Source of the DNA: Mobula hypostoma | Lineage: Eukaryota | Assembly (NCBI RefSeq): GCF_963921235.1 | Contig: NC_086097.1 | Location: 62,001-126,000, forward strand | Length of the DNA: 64,000 nucleotides | Reading direction: 5' to 3' | Part shown: positions 37,710-50,300 of the stretch, piece after piece | Numbering within the stretch: position 1 is the stretch's first letter | Layout of the letters: the number at the start of each line of letters is the position of its first letter | The notes under the pieces: generated by a model | The model's input: the letters and a program-made list of their open reading frames with translations, nothing else | Database searches by the model: none | What the model was told of the DNA's origin: nothing | Position numbers and translations under genes: made by a program

Positions 37710-39820
37710 AACCGAATGCTGAAAGGACGAGATAGAGTTGATGTACAGAAAATGTTTCCTATGGTGAGGGTATTCAGAACCTGAGGGTACAGCCTCAAAA
37801 TTGAGAACAGAGGCAAGGAGGAATTTTTTTTTAAGCTAGAAAGTAGTGAATCTGGGGAATGCTCTGCCACAGACCGTGGTGGAGGCCAAGTCTGTGGGTA
37901 GATTTAAGGCGCAAGCTGATTGTTTCCCAATCAGTCAGGGCATTAAAGGATGTGGCGAGAAAGCAGGTGTATAGAGTTGCATGAGATCTGGGATCAGCCA
38001 TGATGGAATGGTTGAGCAGACTTTATGGGCTGAATGGCCTAATTCTGCTCCTACGTTTTATGGTCTCTTCCTGTTCTGACCTTCACTAGCTCGTGAAATG
38101 GAAGTAAGCAAGAGGTTACCACCATGGAGGTCCTGCTCTTCACTCTCCTTCCTAACTCCCTAAACTTACTGTGCGGGACCTCTACCCCTCTCCTATGACT
38201 CAAGAGAGGTAAAGGGAGAAGGAAGTCAGTGCAGGGTACCCCTGTAGCCATTCCCCTCAGCAACAGGTAATCCCCTTTGGATATTGCAAAGAGGCATGAC
38301 TTATCTGGACAAGGCATCAGCAGCCAGACCAATAGTACTGTGTTGTCTCTGAGCCTCAGAAGGGTAGCGTAAAGTCAAGTGGAGCAATAGTCATAGGGAC
38401 TCGAAAGATAGGGGGACAGATAGGTGATTCTGCAGCAGTAAAAGACGCCAGGATAGTGTGTTGCCTCCCGGGTGCCAGGGTCCAAGACGTCTCTGAGCGT
38501 TTGCAGAATATCCTTGAAGGGAGGGCGAGCAGTTGGAAGTTGTGGTACATGTTGGTACCAATGACAAAGGTAGGGTATCAATGATTTGGATGATAGAATT
38601 GATCGCTTTGTTGCAAAGTTTGCAGACGCTGTGAACATAGGGAAGGGGTAGGTAGTTTTGAGGAAGCAGAGAGGCTATGTAAGGACTCAGACAGATTAAG
38701 AGAATGGGCAAAGAAGTGGCAGATGGAATAGTGTCCGGAAGTTTATGGTCATGCTCTTTCATTGAAGAAATAAAGGGGTGGACTATTTAATAAATGAAGA
38801 GAAAATACAAAAATCTGAGGCACATAGGTACTTGGAAGTCCTTGTGCAGGTTTCCCCAAAGGTTAATTTGCGTGTTGAATCTGTGGTGAGGAAAGCAAAT
38901 GCAATGTTAGCATTCATTTCAAGAGGACTAGAATATAAAAGCAAGGATGTAATTTATAAAGCATTGGTGAGGCCTCACTTGGAGTATTGTGAGCTGTTTT
39001 GGGCCCCTTATCTTAGAAAAATAAGGGTTTAAAGGAGGTTCATGAAAATGATTTTGGGTTTGAATGGCTTGTGATATGAACAGCATTTGTTGGCTCTGGG
39101 TCTGCATTCACCAGAATTTAGAAGAATAAGAGGTGACCTCATTGAAACCTATCGAATGGTGAAAGGCCTTGATAGAGTGAATGCTTCCTGTGATGGGAGA
39201 GTCTATAACCAGGAGATACAGCCTCAGAACAGAGGGACATCCTTTTAGAACGGAGATGGAAAGGAATCTTTTAGCCAGAGAGTGGTGAATCTGTGGAATT
39301 CTTAGCCACAGGCAGCTGTGGAGGCCAAGTCTGTATGTATATTTAAGGCAGAGGTTGATATATTTTTGATTGGTCAGAAGGGATGCGGGGGTGGGGGGAG
39401 GCAGGAGGTTGGGACTGAGAGGAAAAATGGATCAGTCATGAAGAAATTGTGGAGTACACTCGATGGACCAAATGGCCTAATTTTGTTCCTATATCTTAAG
39501 GTCGTACAAAATATTTAAAAAGTTCCTCCGATTTTACTTTGTCCCTGCATTGCCATCTCTCCAGTGTCAATTTCCAGCAGTCCAATATGCATCTTCGCCT
39601 CTCTTTAACTCCTTATATATTTTTTTAAACTTGCAGTGTAGTCTTTTATATTATTGGCTAGCTTACCTCATAATCCATTTTTTCTCTCATCATGGCTTTT
39701 TTAGTTGCCTTCTGTTGGTATTTTAAAACTTTCCAATTCTCTAACTTCCCAAGAATTTTGGCTTTATTTTACGCCCTCTTGTTTGCTTTTCTGTTGTCGT
39801 TGACTTCCCTTATCAGCCTC
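37710..39820. mobile_element. Mosaic of old CR1 fragments (3' ends, ORF1 esterase, RT)
   Basis: VCCLPGARVQDV, VHVGTND, ANAMLAFISRGLEYKS. Confidence 0.7.
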
Positions 39821-42592
39821 ATCCTTCCTTTAGAACATAGAACATAGAATAGTAAAGCACAGTACAGGCCTTTCGGCCCACAATGTTGTGCTGACACTTA
39901 AACCCTGCCTCCCATATAACCCCCCACCTTAAATTCCTCCAGAGACCTCTCCAGTAGTCTCTCAAATTTCATTAGTGTATCTGCCTCCACCACCAACTCA
40001 GGCACTGCATTCCATGCACCAACCACTCTCTGAGTAAAAAACCTTCCTCTAATATCCCCGCTGAACTTCCCACCCCTTACCTTAAAGCCATGTCCTCTTG
40101 TATTGAGCAGTGGTGCCCTGGGAAAGAGTCACTGGCTATCCACTCTATCTATTCCTCTTAATATCTTGTACACCTCTATCATGTCTCCTCTCATCCTCCA
40201 TCCCTCCCAAGAGTAAAGCCCTAACTCCCTTAATCTCTGATCATAATGCATACTCTCGAAACCAGGCAGCATCCTGGTAAATCTCCTCTGTACCCTTTCC
40301 AGTGCTTCCACATCCTTCCGATAGTGAGGTGACCAGAACTGGACACAGTACTCCAAGTGTGGCCTAACCAGAGTTTTAGAGAGCTGCCTCATTACCTTGC
40401 GACTCTTAAACTCTATACCTCGACCTAAATCTAACACCCCATAAGCTTTCTTAACAACCCTATCTAACTGTGAGGCAACTTTCAGGGATCTGTGGACATG
40501 TACCCCGAGATCCCTCTGCTCTTCCACACTACCAAGTATCCTGCCATTTACTTTGTACTCTGCCTTGGAGTATGTCCTTCTAAAGTGTAGGATCTTGATG
40601 TCCTCATTGTCCACGGGAATGGTACCGGAGGATTGGAGGGTGGCGAATGTTGTCCCCTTGTTCAAAAGAGGTAGTAGGGATAGTTCGGGTAATTATAGAC
40701 CAGTTAGCCTTACGTCTATGGTGGGAAAGCTGTTGGAAAAGATTCTTAAGAGATGGGATCGATGGGCATTTAGAGAATCATGGTCTGATCAGGGACAGTC
40801 AGCACGGTTTTGTGAAGGGCAGATGTGTGTCTAACAAGCCTGATAGAGTTCTTTGAGGAGGTGACCAGGCATATAGATGAGGGTAGTGCAGTGAATGTGA
40901 TCTATATGGATTTTAGTAAGGCATTTGACAAGGTTCCACACAGTAGGCTTATTCAGAAAGTCAGAAGGCATGGGATCCAGGGAAGTTTGGCCAGGTGGAT
41001 TCAGAATTGGCTTGCCTGCAGAAGGCAGAGGGTCGTGGTGGAGGGAGTACATTCAGATTGGAGGATTGTGACTACAGGTGTCCCACAAGGATCTGTTCTG
41101 GGACCACTACTTTTTGTGATTTTTATTAACGACCTGGATGTAGGGGTAGAAGGGTGGGTTGGCAAGTTTGCAGATGACACAAAGGTTGGTGTCGTCTGCA
41201 AACTTCTCCATCTGCCACTTCTCAGCCCACTTCTGCATCCTATCAATGTCTCTCTGTAATCTTCGACAATCCTCTACACATCTACACCACCACCAACCTT
41301 CGTGTCGTCTGCAAACTTGCCAACCCACCCTTCTACACCCACATCCAGGTCATTAATAAAAATCATGAAAATCAGAGGTCCCAGAATCGATCATTGTGGG
41401 ACACTGCTAGTCACAATCCTCCAATCCAACTCCCTCCACCAGGACCCTCTGCCTTCTGCAGGAAAGCCAATTCTCAATCAACCTGGCCAAACTTCCCTGG
41501 ATCCCATGCCTTCTAACTTTCTGAATAAGCCTACTGTGTGGAACCTTGTCAAATGCCTTACTAAAATCCATATAGATCACATCCACTGCACTACCCTCAT
41601 CTATATGCCTGGTCACCTCCTCAAAGAACTCTATCAGGCTTGTTAGACACAATCTACCCTTCACAAAGCCATGCTGACTGTCCCTGATCAGACCATGATT
41701 CTCGAAATGCCCAGAGATCCTATCTCCAAGAATCTTTTCCAACAGCTTTCCCACCACAGACATAAGGCTCACTGGTCTATAATTACCCGGACTATCCCTA
41801 CTATCTTTTTTGAACAAGGGGACAACATTCGCCTCCCTCCAATCCTCCGGTACCATTCCCGTGGACAATGAGGACATAAAGATCCTAGCCACAGGCTCAG
41901 CAATCTCTTCCCTCATCTCGTGGAGCAGCCTGGGGAATATTCTGTCAGGCCCCGGGGACTTATCCATCCTAATGTATATTAACAATTCCAACACCTCCTC
42001 TCCCTTAATATCAACATGCTCCAGAACATCAACCTCACTCATATTGTACTCACCATCAACAAGTTCCCTTTCATTGGTGAATACAGAAGACAAGTATTCA
42101 CTGAGGACCTTGCTCACTTCCATAGCCTCCAGGCACATCTTCCCACCCTTATCTCTAATCGGTCCTACCTTCACTCCTGTCATCCTTTTGTTCTTCACAT
42201 GATTGAAGAATGCCTTGGGGTTTTCCTTTACCCTACTCGCCAAGGTCTTCACGTGCCCCCTTCTTTCTCTCCTCAGCCCCTTCTTAAGCTCATTTCATGC
42301 TACACTATATTCCTCAATAGACCTATCCGATCCTTGCTTCCTAAACCTCATGTATGCTGCCTTCTTCCACCCGACTAGATTTTCCACCTCACTTGTCACC
42401 CATGATTCCTTCATCCTACCATTCTTTATCTTCCTCACCAGGACAAATTTATCCCTAACATCCTGCAAGAGATCCCTAAACATCAACCACATATTCATAG
42501 TACATTTCCAGGCAAAAACATCATCCCAATTCACACCTGCAAGTTCTAGCCTGGCAGCCTCATAATTTGCCCTTCCCCAATTAAAAATTTTC

Positions 42593-43648
42593 ATAGAACC
42601 ATAGAAACCACAGCACAGAAACAGGCCCTTTGGCCCTTCTTAGCTGTGCCGAACCATTTTCTGCCTAGTCCCACTGACCTGCACACAGACCATATCCCTC
42701 CAGACACCTCCCATTCATGTATCTGTCCAATTTATTCTTAAATGTTAAAAAAGAACCCGCATTTACCTCGTCTGGCAGCTCATTCCATACGCCCACCACT
42801 CTCTGTGTGAAGAAGCCCCCCCTAATGTTCCCTTTAAACTTTTCCCCCCTCACCCTTAACCGAGGTCCTCTGGTTTTTTTCTCCCCGAGCCTCAGTGGAA
42901 AAAGCCTGCTTGCATTCACTTTATCTATACCCATCACAATTTTATATACCTCTATCAGATCTCCCCTCATTCTTCTACGCTCCAGGGAATAAAGTCCTAA
43001 CCTATTCAACCTTTCTCTGTAACTGAGTTTCTCAAGTCCCGGCAACATCCTTGTAAACCTTCTCTGCACTCTTTCAACCTTATTTATATCCTTCCTGTAA
43101 TTTGGTGACCAAAACTGAACACAATACTCCAGATTCGGCCTCACCAATGCCTTATACAACCTCATCATAACATTCCAGCTCTTATACTCAATACTATGAT
43201 TAATAAAGGCCAATGTACCAAAAGCTCTCTTTACGACCCTATCTGCCTGTGACGACACTTTTAGGGAATTTTGTATCTGTATTCCCAGATCCCTCTGTTC
43301 CACTGCACTCCTCAGTGCCTTACCATTAACCCTGTATGTTCTACATTGGTTTGTCCTTCCAACGTGCAATACCTCACACTTGTCAGTATTAAACTCCATC
43401 TGCCATTTTTCAGCCCATTTTTCCAGCTGGTCCAAGTCCCTCCGCAGGCTCTGAAAACCTTCCTCACTGTCTACTACACCTCCAATCTTTGTATCATCAG
43501 CAAACTTGCTGATCCAATTTACCACATTATCATCCAGATCACTGATATAGATGACAAATAACAATGGACCCAGCAGTGATCCCTGCGGCACACCACTAGT
43601 CACAGGCCTCCACTCAGAGAAGCAATTTTCTACCACCACTCTCTGGCA
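42593..43648 (-). mobile_element. Young 5'-truncated CR1 (third family) with an open RT C-terminal half
   Basis: ORF 42665-43723 is uninterrupted from GVPQGS to the stop; GGTTCTAT tail. Confidence 0.92.
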
Positions 43649-44362
43649 CCTCTCTGATTCTATCCTTTTCCATGATAATGCTGAAGGCCAGGGAGCGGTG
43701 GTCACTGTCCCCCAGATGCTCACCCACTGAGACGTCTGTGACCTGACCCGGTTCGTTACCTAATACTAGATCTAGTATGGCATTCCCCTTAGTCGGCCTG
43801 TCGACATACTGTGACAGGTATACGTCCTGGACACACTTAATAAACTCTGCCCCATTTAAACCCTTGGAACTAATCAGGTGCCAATCAATATTAGGGAAGT
43901 TAAAGTCACCCATGATAACAACTCTTTAATTTTTGTACCTTTCCAAAATCTGCACCTCTGTATCTCTGCTGCTACCAGGGGGCCTATAGGATACTCCCAA
44001 TAAAGTAACTTCTCCCTTCCTGTTCCTGACTTCCAACCATACTGACTCAAAAGAGGATCCTGCTACATTACCCACCCTTTCTGTAGCTTTAATAGCATCC
44101 CTGTGCCACCGCTCCTGCCCTTTCCTCCCCTCTCTATCCGTTTTAAAGCACTGAAATCCAGGAATATTGAGAATCCATTCCTGCCCTGGTGCCAGCCAAG
44201 TCTCTGTCATGGCCATTACATCATAATGCCATGTCTGTATCCAATCTCTCAGTTCATCACCTTTGTTCCTGATGCTTCTTGCATTGAAGTACACACACTT
44301 TAGCCCTTCTACCTTACTACCTTTTCACCCTTTATTCTGTTTCTCTAAGCCTCTCTATATAA

Positions 44363-46338
44363 ACCATAAGACAAAGGAGCAGAAGTCGGCCATTCAACCC
44401 ATCAAGTCTGCTCCGCCATTTTATCATGAGCTGATCCATTCTCCCGTTTAGTCCCACTCCCCCACCTTCTCACCATAACCTTTGATGCCCTGGCTACTCA
44501 GATATCTATCAATCTCCGCCTTAAGTACACCCAATGACTTGGCCTCCACTGCTGCCCGTGGCAACAAATTCCATAGATTCACCACCCTCTGACTAAAAAA
44601 ATTTCTTCGCATTTCTGTTCTGAATGGGAGCTGTTCAATCCTTAAGTCATGCCCTCTTGTACTAGACTCCCCCATCATGGGAAACAACTTTGCCACATCC
44701 ACTCTATCCATTCCTTTCAACATCCAAAATGTTTCTATGAGGTCTCCCCTCATTCTTCAAAACTCCAAGGAATACAGTCCAAGAGCGGACAAACTTTCCT
44801 CATATATTAACCCTCTCATTCCCAGAATTATTCTAGTGAATCTTCTCTGTACCCTCTCCAACGTCAGCACATCCTTTCTTAAATCAGGAAACCAAAACTG
44901 CCCACAGTACTCCAAGTGAGGTCTCACCAGCGCCTTATAGAGCCTCAACATCACATCCCTGCTCCTATACTCTATTCCTCTAGAAATGAATGCCAACATT
45001 GCATTCACCTTCTTCACCACCGACTCAACCTGGAGGTTAACCTTAAGGGTATCCTGTACGAGGACTCCCAAGTCCCGTTGCATCTCAGAACTTTGAATTC
45101 TTTCCCTATTTAAATAATAGTCTGCTCGTTTATTTCTTCCGCCAAAGTGCATAACCATACACTTTCCAACATTGTATTTCATTTGCCACTTCTTTGCCCA
45201 TTCTTCCAATCTATTCAAGTCTCTCTGCAGACTCTCCGTTTCCTCAGCACTACCGGCCCCTCCACCTATCTTCGTATCATCAGCAAACTTAGCCACAAAG
45301 CCATCTATTCCATAATCCAAATCGTTGATGTACAATGTAAAAACAAGCAGCCCCAACATGGACCGCTGTGGAACACCACTGGTAACCGGCAGCCAACCAG
45401 AATAGGATACCTTTATTCCCACTCTCTGTTTCCTGCCAATCAGCCAACGCTCTATCCACGTATGTAACTTTCCCGTAATTCCATGGGCTCTTATCTTGTT
45501 AAGTAGCTTCATGTGTGGCACCTTGTCAAAGGCCTTTTGAAAATCCAAATATACAACATCCACTGCTTCTCCCTTGTCTAACCTACTTGTAATTTCCTCA
45601 AAAAATTGTAATAGGTTTGTCAGGCAGGATTTTCTTTTGAGGAATCCATACTGAGTTCTGCCTATCTTGTCATATGCCTCCAGGTACTCCATAACCTCAT
45701 CCTTGACAATCGACTCCAACAACTTCCTAACCATCGATGTCAAGCTAACAGATCTATAATTTCCTTTTTGCTTCCTTGCCCCCTTCTTAAATAGCAGAGT
45801 GGCATTTGCAATCTTCCAGTCCTCCAGAACCATGCCAGAATCTATTAACTTTTGAAAGATCATCGCTAATGCCTCTGCAATTTCCACAGCTACTTCCTTC
45901 AGAACACGAAGGTGCATTCTATCCGGTCCGGGAGATTTATCTACCTTTAGACTATTCAGCTTCCTGAGTACTTTCTCTGTCGTAATTGTGACTGCGCACA
46001 CATCTCTTCCTTGCCACCCTTGAGTGTCCAGTATACTGCTGATGTCCTCCTCAGTGAAGACTAATGCAAAATACTCGTTCAGTTCCTCCGCCATCTCATC
46101 TCCCTATCTCCCATTACAATTTCTCTAGCATCATTTTCTATCGGTCGTATATCTGCGCTCACCTGTCTTTTCCTCTTTATATACTTGAAAAAGCTTTTAG
46201 TATCCTCTTTGATATTATTTGCTAGCTTCCTTTCATAGTTAATCTTTTCCCTCTTAATGACCTTCTTAGTTTCCTTTAGGAAGCTTTTAAAAACTTCCCA
46301 ATACTCTGTCTTCCCACTAATTTTTGCTTCCTTGTATT
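44363..46338 (-). mobile_element. 5'-truncated CR1 (fourth family), 445-aa RT ORF fragment
   Basis: ORF 44757-46094 with the RT motifs; 3' end tcttatggt. Confidence 0.92.
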
Positions 46339-47231
46339 CCTTATATGTTAGATCTGGCTTTACTCCATGCACTTCTCTCACCGTTCTATTGCTCCGGGTC
46401 CCATCCCCCTTGCAAATTAGTTTAAATCCTCCCGAACCATGCTAGCAAACCTACCTGCAAGGATATTGCTCCCCCTCAAGAATATGAAGAATACTTCTTC
46501 ATATTTGAGTTGTTTCCTTACTGTGCCTTCTGAAGTTTCCCCAGAATCACCTGCCATTGCAGTTCTGCCGTCATCCCTGCAAGTGTCCCCTTCCAGTCAG
46601 TTTAGGCCAGGTCCTCTCTCATGCCTCCACTATAATACTGATACATCTGTTTTTAACCTCCTCAAAATTTCTTTAAAGTCTCCAATACCTCCTCCCTGCT
46701 AATTCACATGTGGTCCAAGACATGGGCTGAAGGCCGTTGGTGTACTGTACTTCTCTGTTGCATGAGGCTCACTGGGATCTTTCTCTCTCCATTTTTCAAA
46801 CTTTTTTCACCACAAATTTACTGCCCTCTGCCTTTCTCCTTCTCTATTCTCAGTTTACTAACGTCCTACCACTGGCAAATTCTACTGCCTCAGTATTGGC
46901 GTCAGGCTCAATGGATCCTGCAATCGACAAAATCCTTGTGAAATAGAATGGGAACTCCAAAAGGCACACATAGTTTGTGCTGCCTGTTAGTGCAAGTCAG
47001 GTTGTATTTTACTGTTTCTAACATATCTTCAGTTCACTGATGCTGGAAAAATGTTTTTTTTTTAAATTTTATTTTTATTTGGATGAGTTCACAATTATCA
47101 TGTACTTTTTTCACACATATAACCTTTTCCATTTTTTAATATGTATAAAACTACAATTATTTATACATTCAACACACATCAAAGTTGCTGGTGAATGCAG
47201 CAGGCCAAGCAGCATCTATAGGAAGAGGCGC

Positions 47232-47267
47232 AGTCGACGTTTCAGGCCGAGACCCTTCGTCAGGACT
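47232..47267 (-). ncRNA. Minimal type I hammerhead ribozyme motif (sense to the host gene)
   Basis: Exact mirror of 47303-47338. Confidence 0.75.
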
Positions 47268-47302
47268 AACTGAAGGAAGAGGGACTCCCTCTTCCTTCAG
47301 TT

Positions 47303-47338
47303 AGTCCTGACGAAGGGTCTCGGCCTGAAACGTCGACT
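47303..47338 (+). ncRNA. Minimal type I hammerhead ribozyme motif
   Basis: Stem I AGTC/GACT, core CTGACGA, stem II AGG/CCT, GAAA, palindromic ACGT in place of stem III, predicted GUC cleavage after 47334. Confidence 0.75.
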
Positions 47339-50300
47339 GCGCCTCTTCCTATAGATGCTGCTTGGCCTGCTGCGTTCACCAGCAACTTTGATGTGTGTTG
47401 CTTGAATTTCCAGCATCTGCAGAATTCCTGTTGTTATTATTTATACATTCTTAAGTACACATTGAGATGATATAAAAGCAAAATAAACATTTAAATAGAT
47501 AATTATGTACTGTGGTAAATCTAACCTATTAGGCTAAGTAATGAAATTAGTTGTTAAGAAAAATGGTAATAATAGTTTCCATACAACCCTTCTGGACCAT
47601 TTCCACTGTTCCAAAATGTTGCATACAAGCCTATATACCAACCATTGTAGGTGTTTATATCCCAATTTGTTCGTGCTTGTTCCTGCCCGCAGACATAATT
47701 ATCCAATCCCTATGTACTTATTTACTTAATTTTTTCATTTTTTTTATCCCTTTTCCAAATCTTTCCCTTTACTTGTGTTAATTCTCTATTTTCCAAAAAA
47801 AACAAACATTTAGACTAGGGGTGCTTACGTTAGCAATATTACTGTGTTGATGAGAAGAGCAATATAAATCATTAGGAGAGTCATCTAAAGTCTGCTCGCA
47901 TTGGGGTTATATATTCAATCCATTTATTCCAGATTTGATAAAATGTTTCTTTTTGAGTTCTCAGGGAGTAGGTCAACTTTTCCATTTTAAATATTTCCAA
48001 GATAATTTCGTACCAATCTTCTAATGTAGGTGGTATGGGATTTAGCCATTTTCTAGTGATTGATTTCTTACTTGCCGCTAAGAGGGCCTGCAGCAACTTT
48101 ATGTCTTCCTTCTGTTCAAGGAACAATACATGCCCCAAATAGAGCGTCTCAAAGTTCAGAGGTATCTGGGACCTAAGTACCTTAACTAATGTTCTATGAA
48201 TACCTTCTCAAAATAGACTTAATTTAGGGCAATCCCAGAAAATATGAAAATGATTTGCCTCCTTGGAGCCGCACCTTCTCCAACACATCACATTTGTATC
48301 TTTATATTTTTCCTGATATGGGGTCTTGAAGTATCTTATAATGTTTTTCCAACAATGTTCTCTCCAAGTCAAAGAATTAGTCGAGGACCATTGAAAGCTG
48401 CAGATTTTCCCCCAAGCCTCCTCTGAAAGTACCAACCCCGCTTCTTTCTCCCACTTCTCTTTAATGTACAGTGTATTTACATTTTTAGCATGGGAGAGTG
48501 AATTATATAGGCGAGAAACTGATTTACTAGGTATTGAACTGCAAGCCGAATTCAGAATCTTGAAAAATTCTAATTCTACTGTTGATAGGTCTGTATATCT
48601 ACAACTCTGGTTAACATAGTTTCGTATTTGAAGGTACCCAAAAAAGTCATTATGTTCTAGGCCATGTTTGTCCTGCAGGATTTGGAAACTTTGTAATACT
48701 CTTTTATCTATAAATGAGAGGTAGGTTGTAAGACCTTTCTTTATCCATAGCTCAAATCTTTTATCTCCTCTGTTGGGAAGGAATTCGGTATCATATGCAC
48801 ACCATCTAAAGAGTTTTAGCATGTTATTAATTCCACATGAATTAACCACCTTCTGCCATACTTTTAATGTAAGATTTATCCAAGCATTATTAAATTTTTC
48901 CAACTGGGCCATCAATCCTTTGTCAGCTATTGAGGCCTGAAGAGGAAAACTGTCAACTAATCCAAATTCTATTTCCTTCCATCTAGCCTTATATTCCCTA
49001 TTACACCAATATAACAGAGGGGTTATCTGTGAGGCATAAAAATAATTTCTCAGGCAAGGAAGAACCATACCTCCTCTTTCCTTCCCTAACTGTAAGGTGT
49101 TATATCGAATTCTAGGTTTCCTTCCTTGCCAAATGAAGCGGGAAATCCATTTGTCCCATTCCCTGAATTGATTATCATCCACCTCCACTGGTAAAGTACG
49201 GAAAAGATATAATAACCGAGGAAGAATATTCATTTTTATAGTATTTATCCTTGAATTTAAACTTAAAAAGGGGATAAGATTCCATCTATGCATATCTGCT
49301 TTTATCTCTGAGATCAATGGCCCATAATTTACCTGTGACAGTGTTGAAAGATCCTTCGGCAGGGTTATTCCTAAATATTTTAATGATTTAGCTTCCCACT
49401 TAAGATCGTATGTATCCTGCAATTTTTTGGATGGTGTATAATTTAGGGACATAACCTGCGTTTTCTTTACATTTATTTTATAACCTGATATTTTCCCAAA
49501 GTCATCCAACAGTGTAAACAATCCTATAAATGATTTTTCTGGTTCACTCAGATAGACCAAAACATCATCTGCGAATAACGCCACTTTCTGTTCAATCCCT
49601 GCCACCTTGATACCTTTTACGATTTCGCTCTGTCTTATTAGTTGGGCAAGTGGTTCAATATATAGCGCAAAAAGGAGAGGAGAAATTGGGCATCCCTGTC
49701 TAGTGCCTCTCTCTAAAATGAAGGAGTCAGAGAGGTCCCCATTTATCTTAATTCGGGCTGTTGGGCTGTCATACAGAGTCTGAATTACTTTAATAAACCT
49801 TTCTTGAAAGCCGAATCTTCCTAACACTCTGTATAGGAATGCCCAACTAACCGAATCAAAAGCTTTCTCAGCGTCCAATCCTACTACCATTGTCTCTGTC
49901 TCGTTCTTATTAACCTGTTCTAATATGTGCAGAGTTCTCCTTATGTTGTCCTGTGTTTGTCTTTGTTGAATAAATCCAGTCTGGTCTAAATGGATTAGGC
50001 CAGGTAAAAGCTTTTCCAATCTGCGCGCTAATATAGATGTAAATAGTTTGTAATCTAAATTAAGAACACTAATTGGCCGATAATTGCCACATTCTAGTTT
50101 ATCTTTACCCTCTTTCGGAATAACTGAAATAATCGCTTCTCTCCAGGAAGGTGGAGTTTCTCCTCTCTGCAAGATCCAATTAAAGGTGTTAAGTAGTAAT
50201 GGGGCTAACTGTGTCTTCAGGGACTTGTACCACTCTGAGGTAAACCCATCAGAACCCGGGGACTTTCCAGCCTTTAACCTAGAGATGGCCACGTTCAGTT

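Larger units (their letters stand above)
39835..46475 (-). mobile_element. Long CR1 (end of ORF1 to 3' tail) containing an internal inverted duplication and two nested CR1s
   Basis: Colinear segments 39835-40585, 41205-42590, 43650-44360 and 46340-46475, matching the 29077-34070 family in reverse. Confidence 0.88.
47171..47435. mobile_element. 265-bp non-coding Penelope pLTR palindrome inserted in the L1 3' UTR
   Basis: 114-bp arms 47171-47284 and 47286-47399 with one mismatch, plus a 36-nt tail at 47400-47435. TSD ATTATTTATACATTC at 47156-47170 and 47436-47450. Confidence 0.93.

Noticed and set aside
46882..46983. Possible extra or alternative terminal SYNE3 exon on the minus strand (AAQTMCAFW...TPILRQ*)
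   Set aside because: Weak polypyrimidine tract, an in-frame stop with no good donor, and no convincing nesprin similarity.
7531..47200. The same single arm mismatch (gaatgc vs gaacgc) in both mini-hairpins, suggesting common ancestry
   Set aside because: It lies in the tailed arm of one copy and the untailed arm of the other, and the palindrome centres differ, so independent CpG decay is the simpler explanation.
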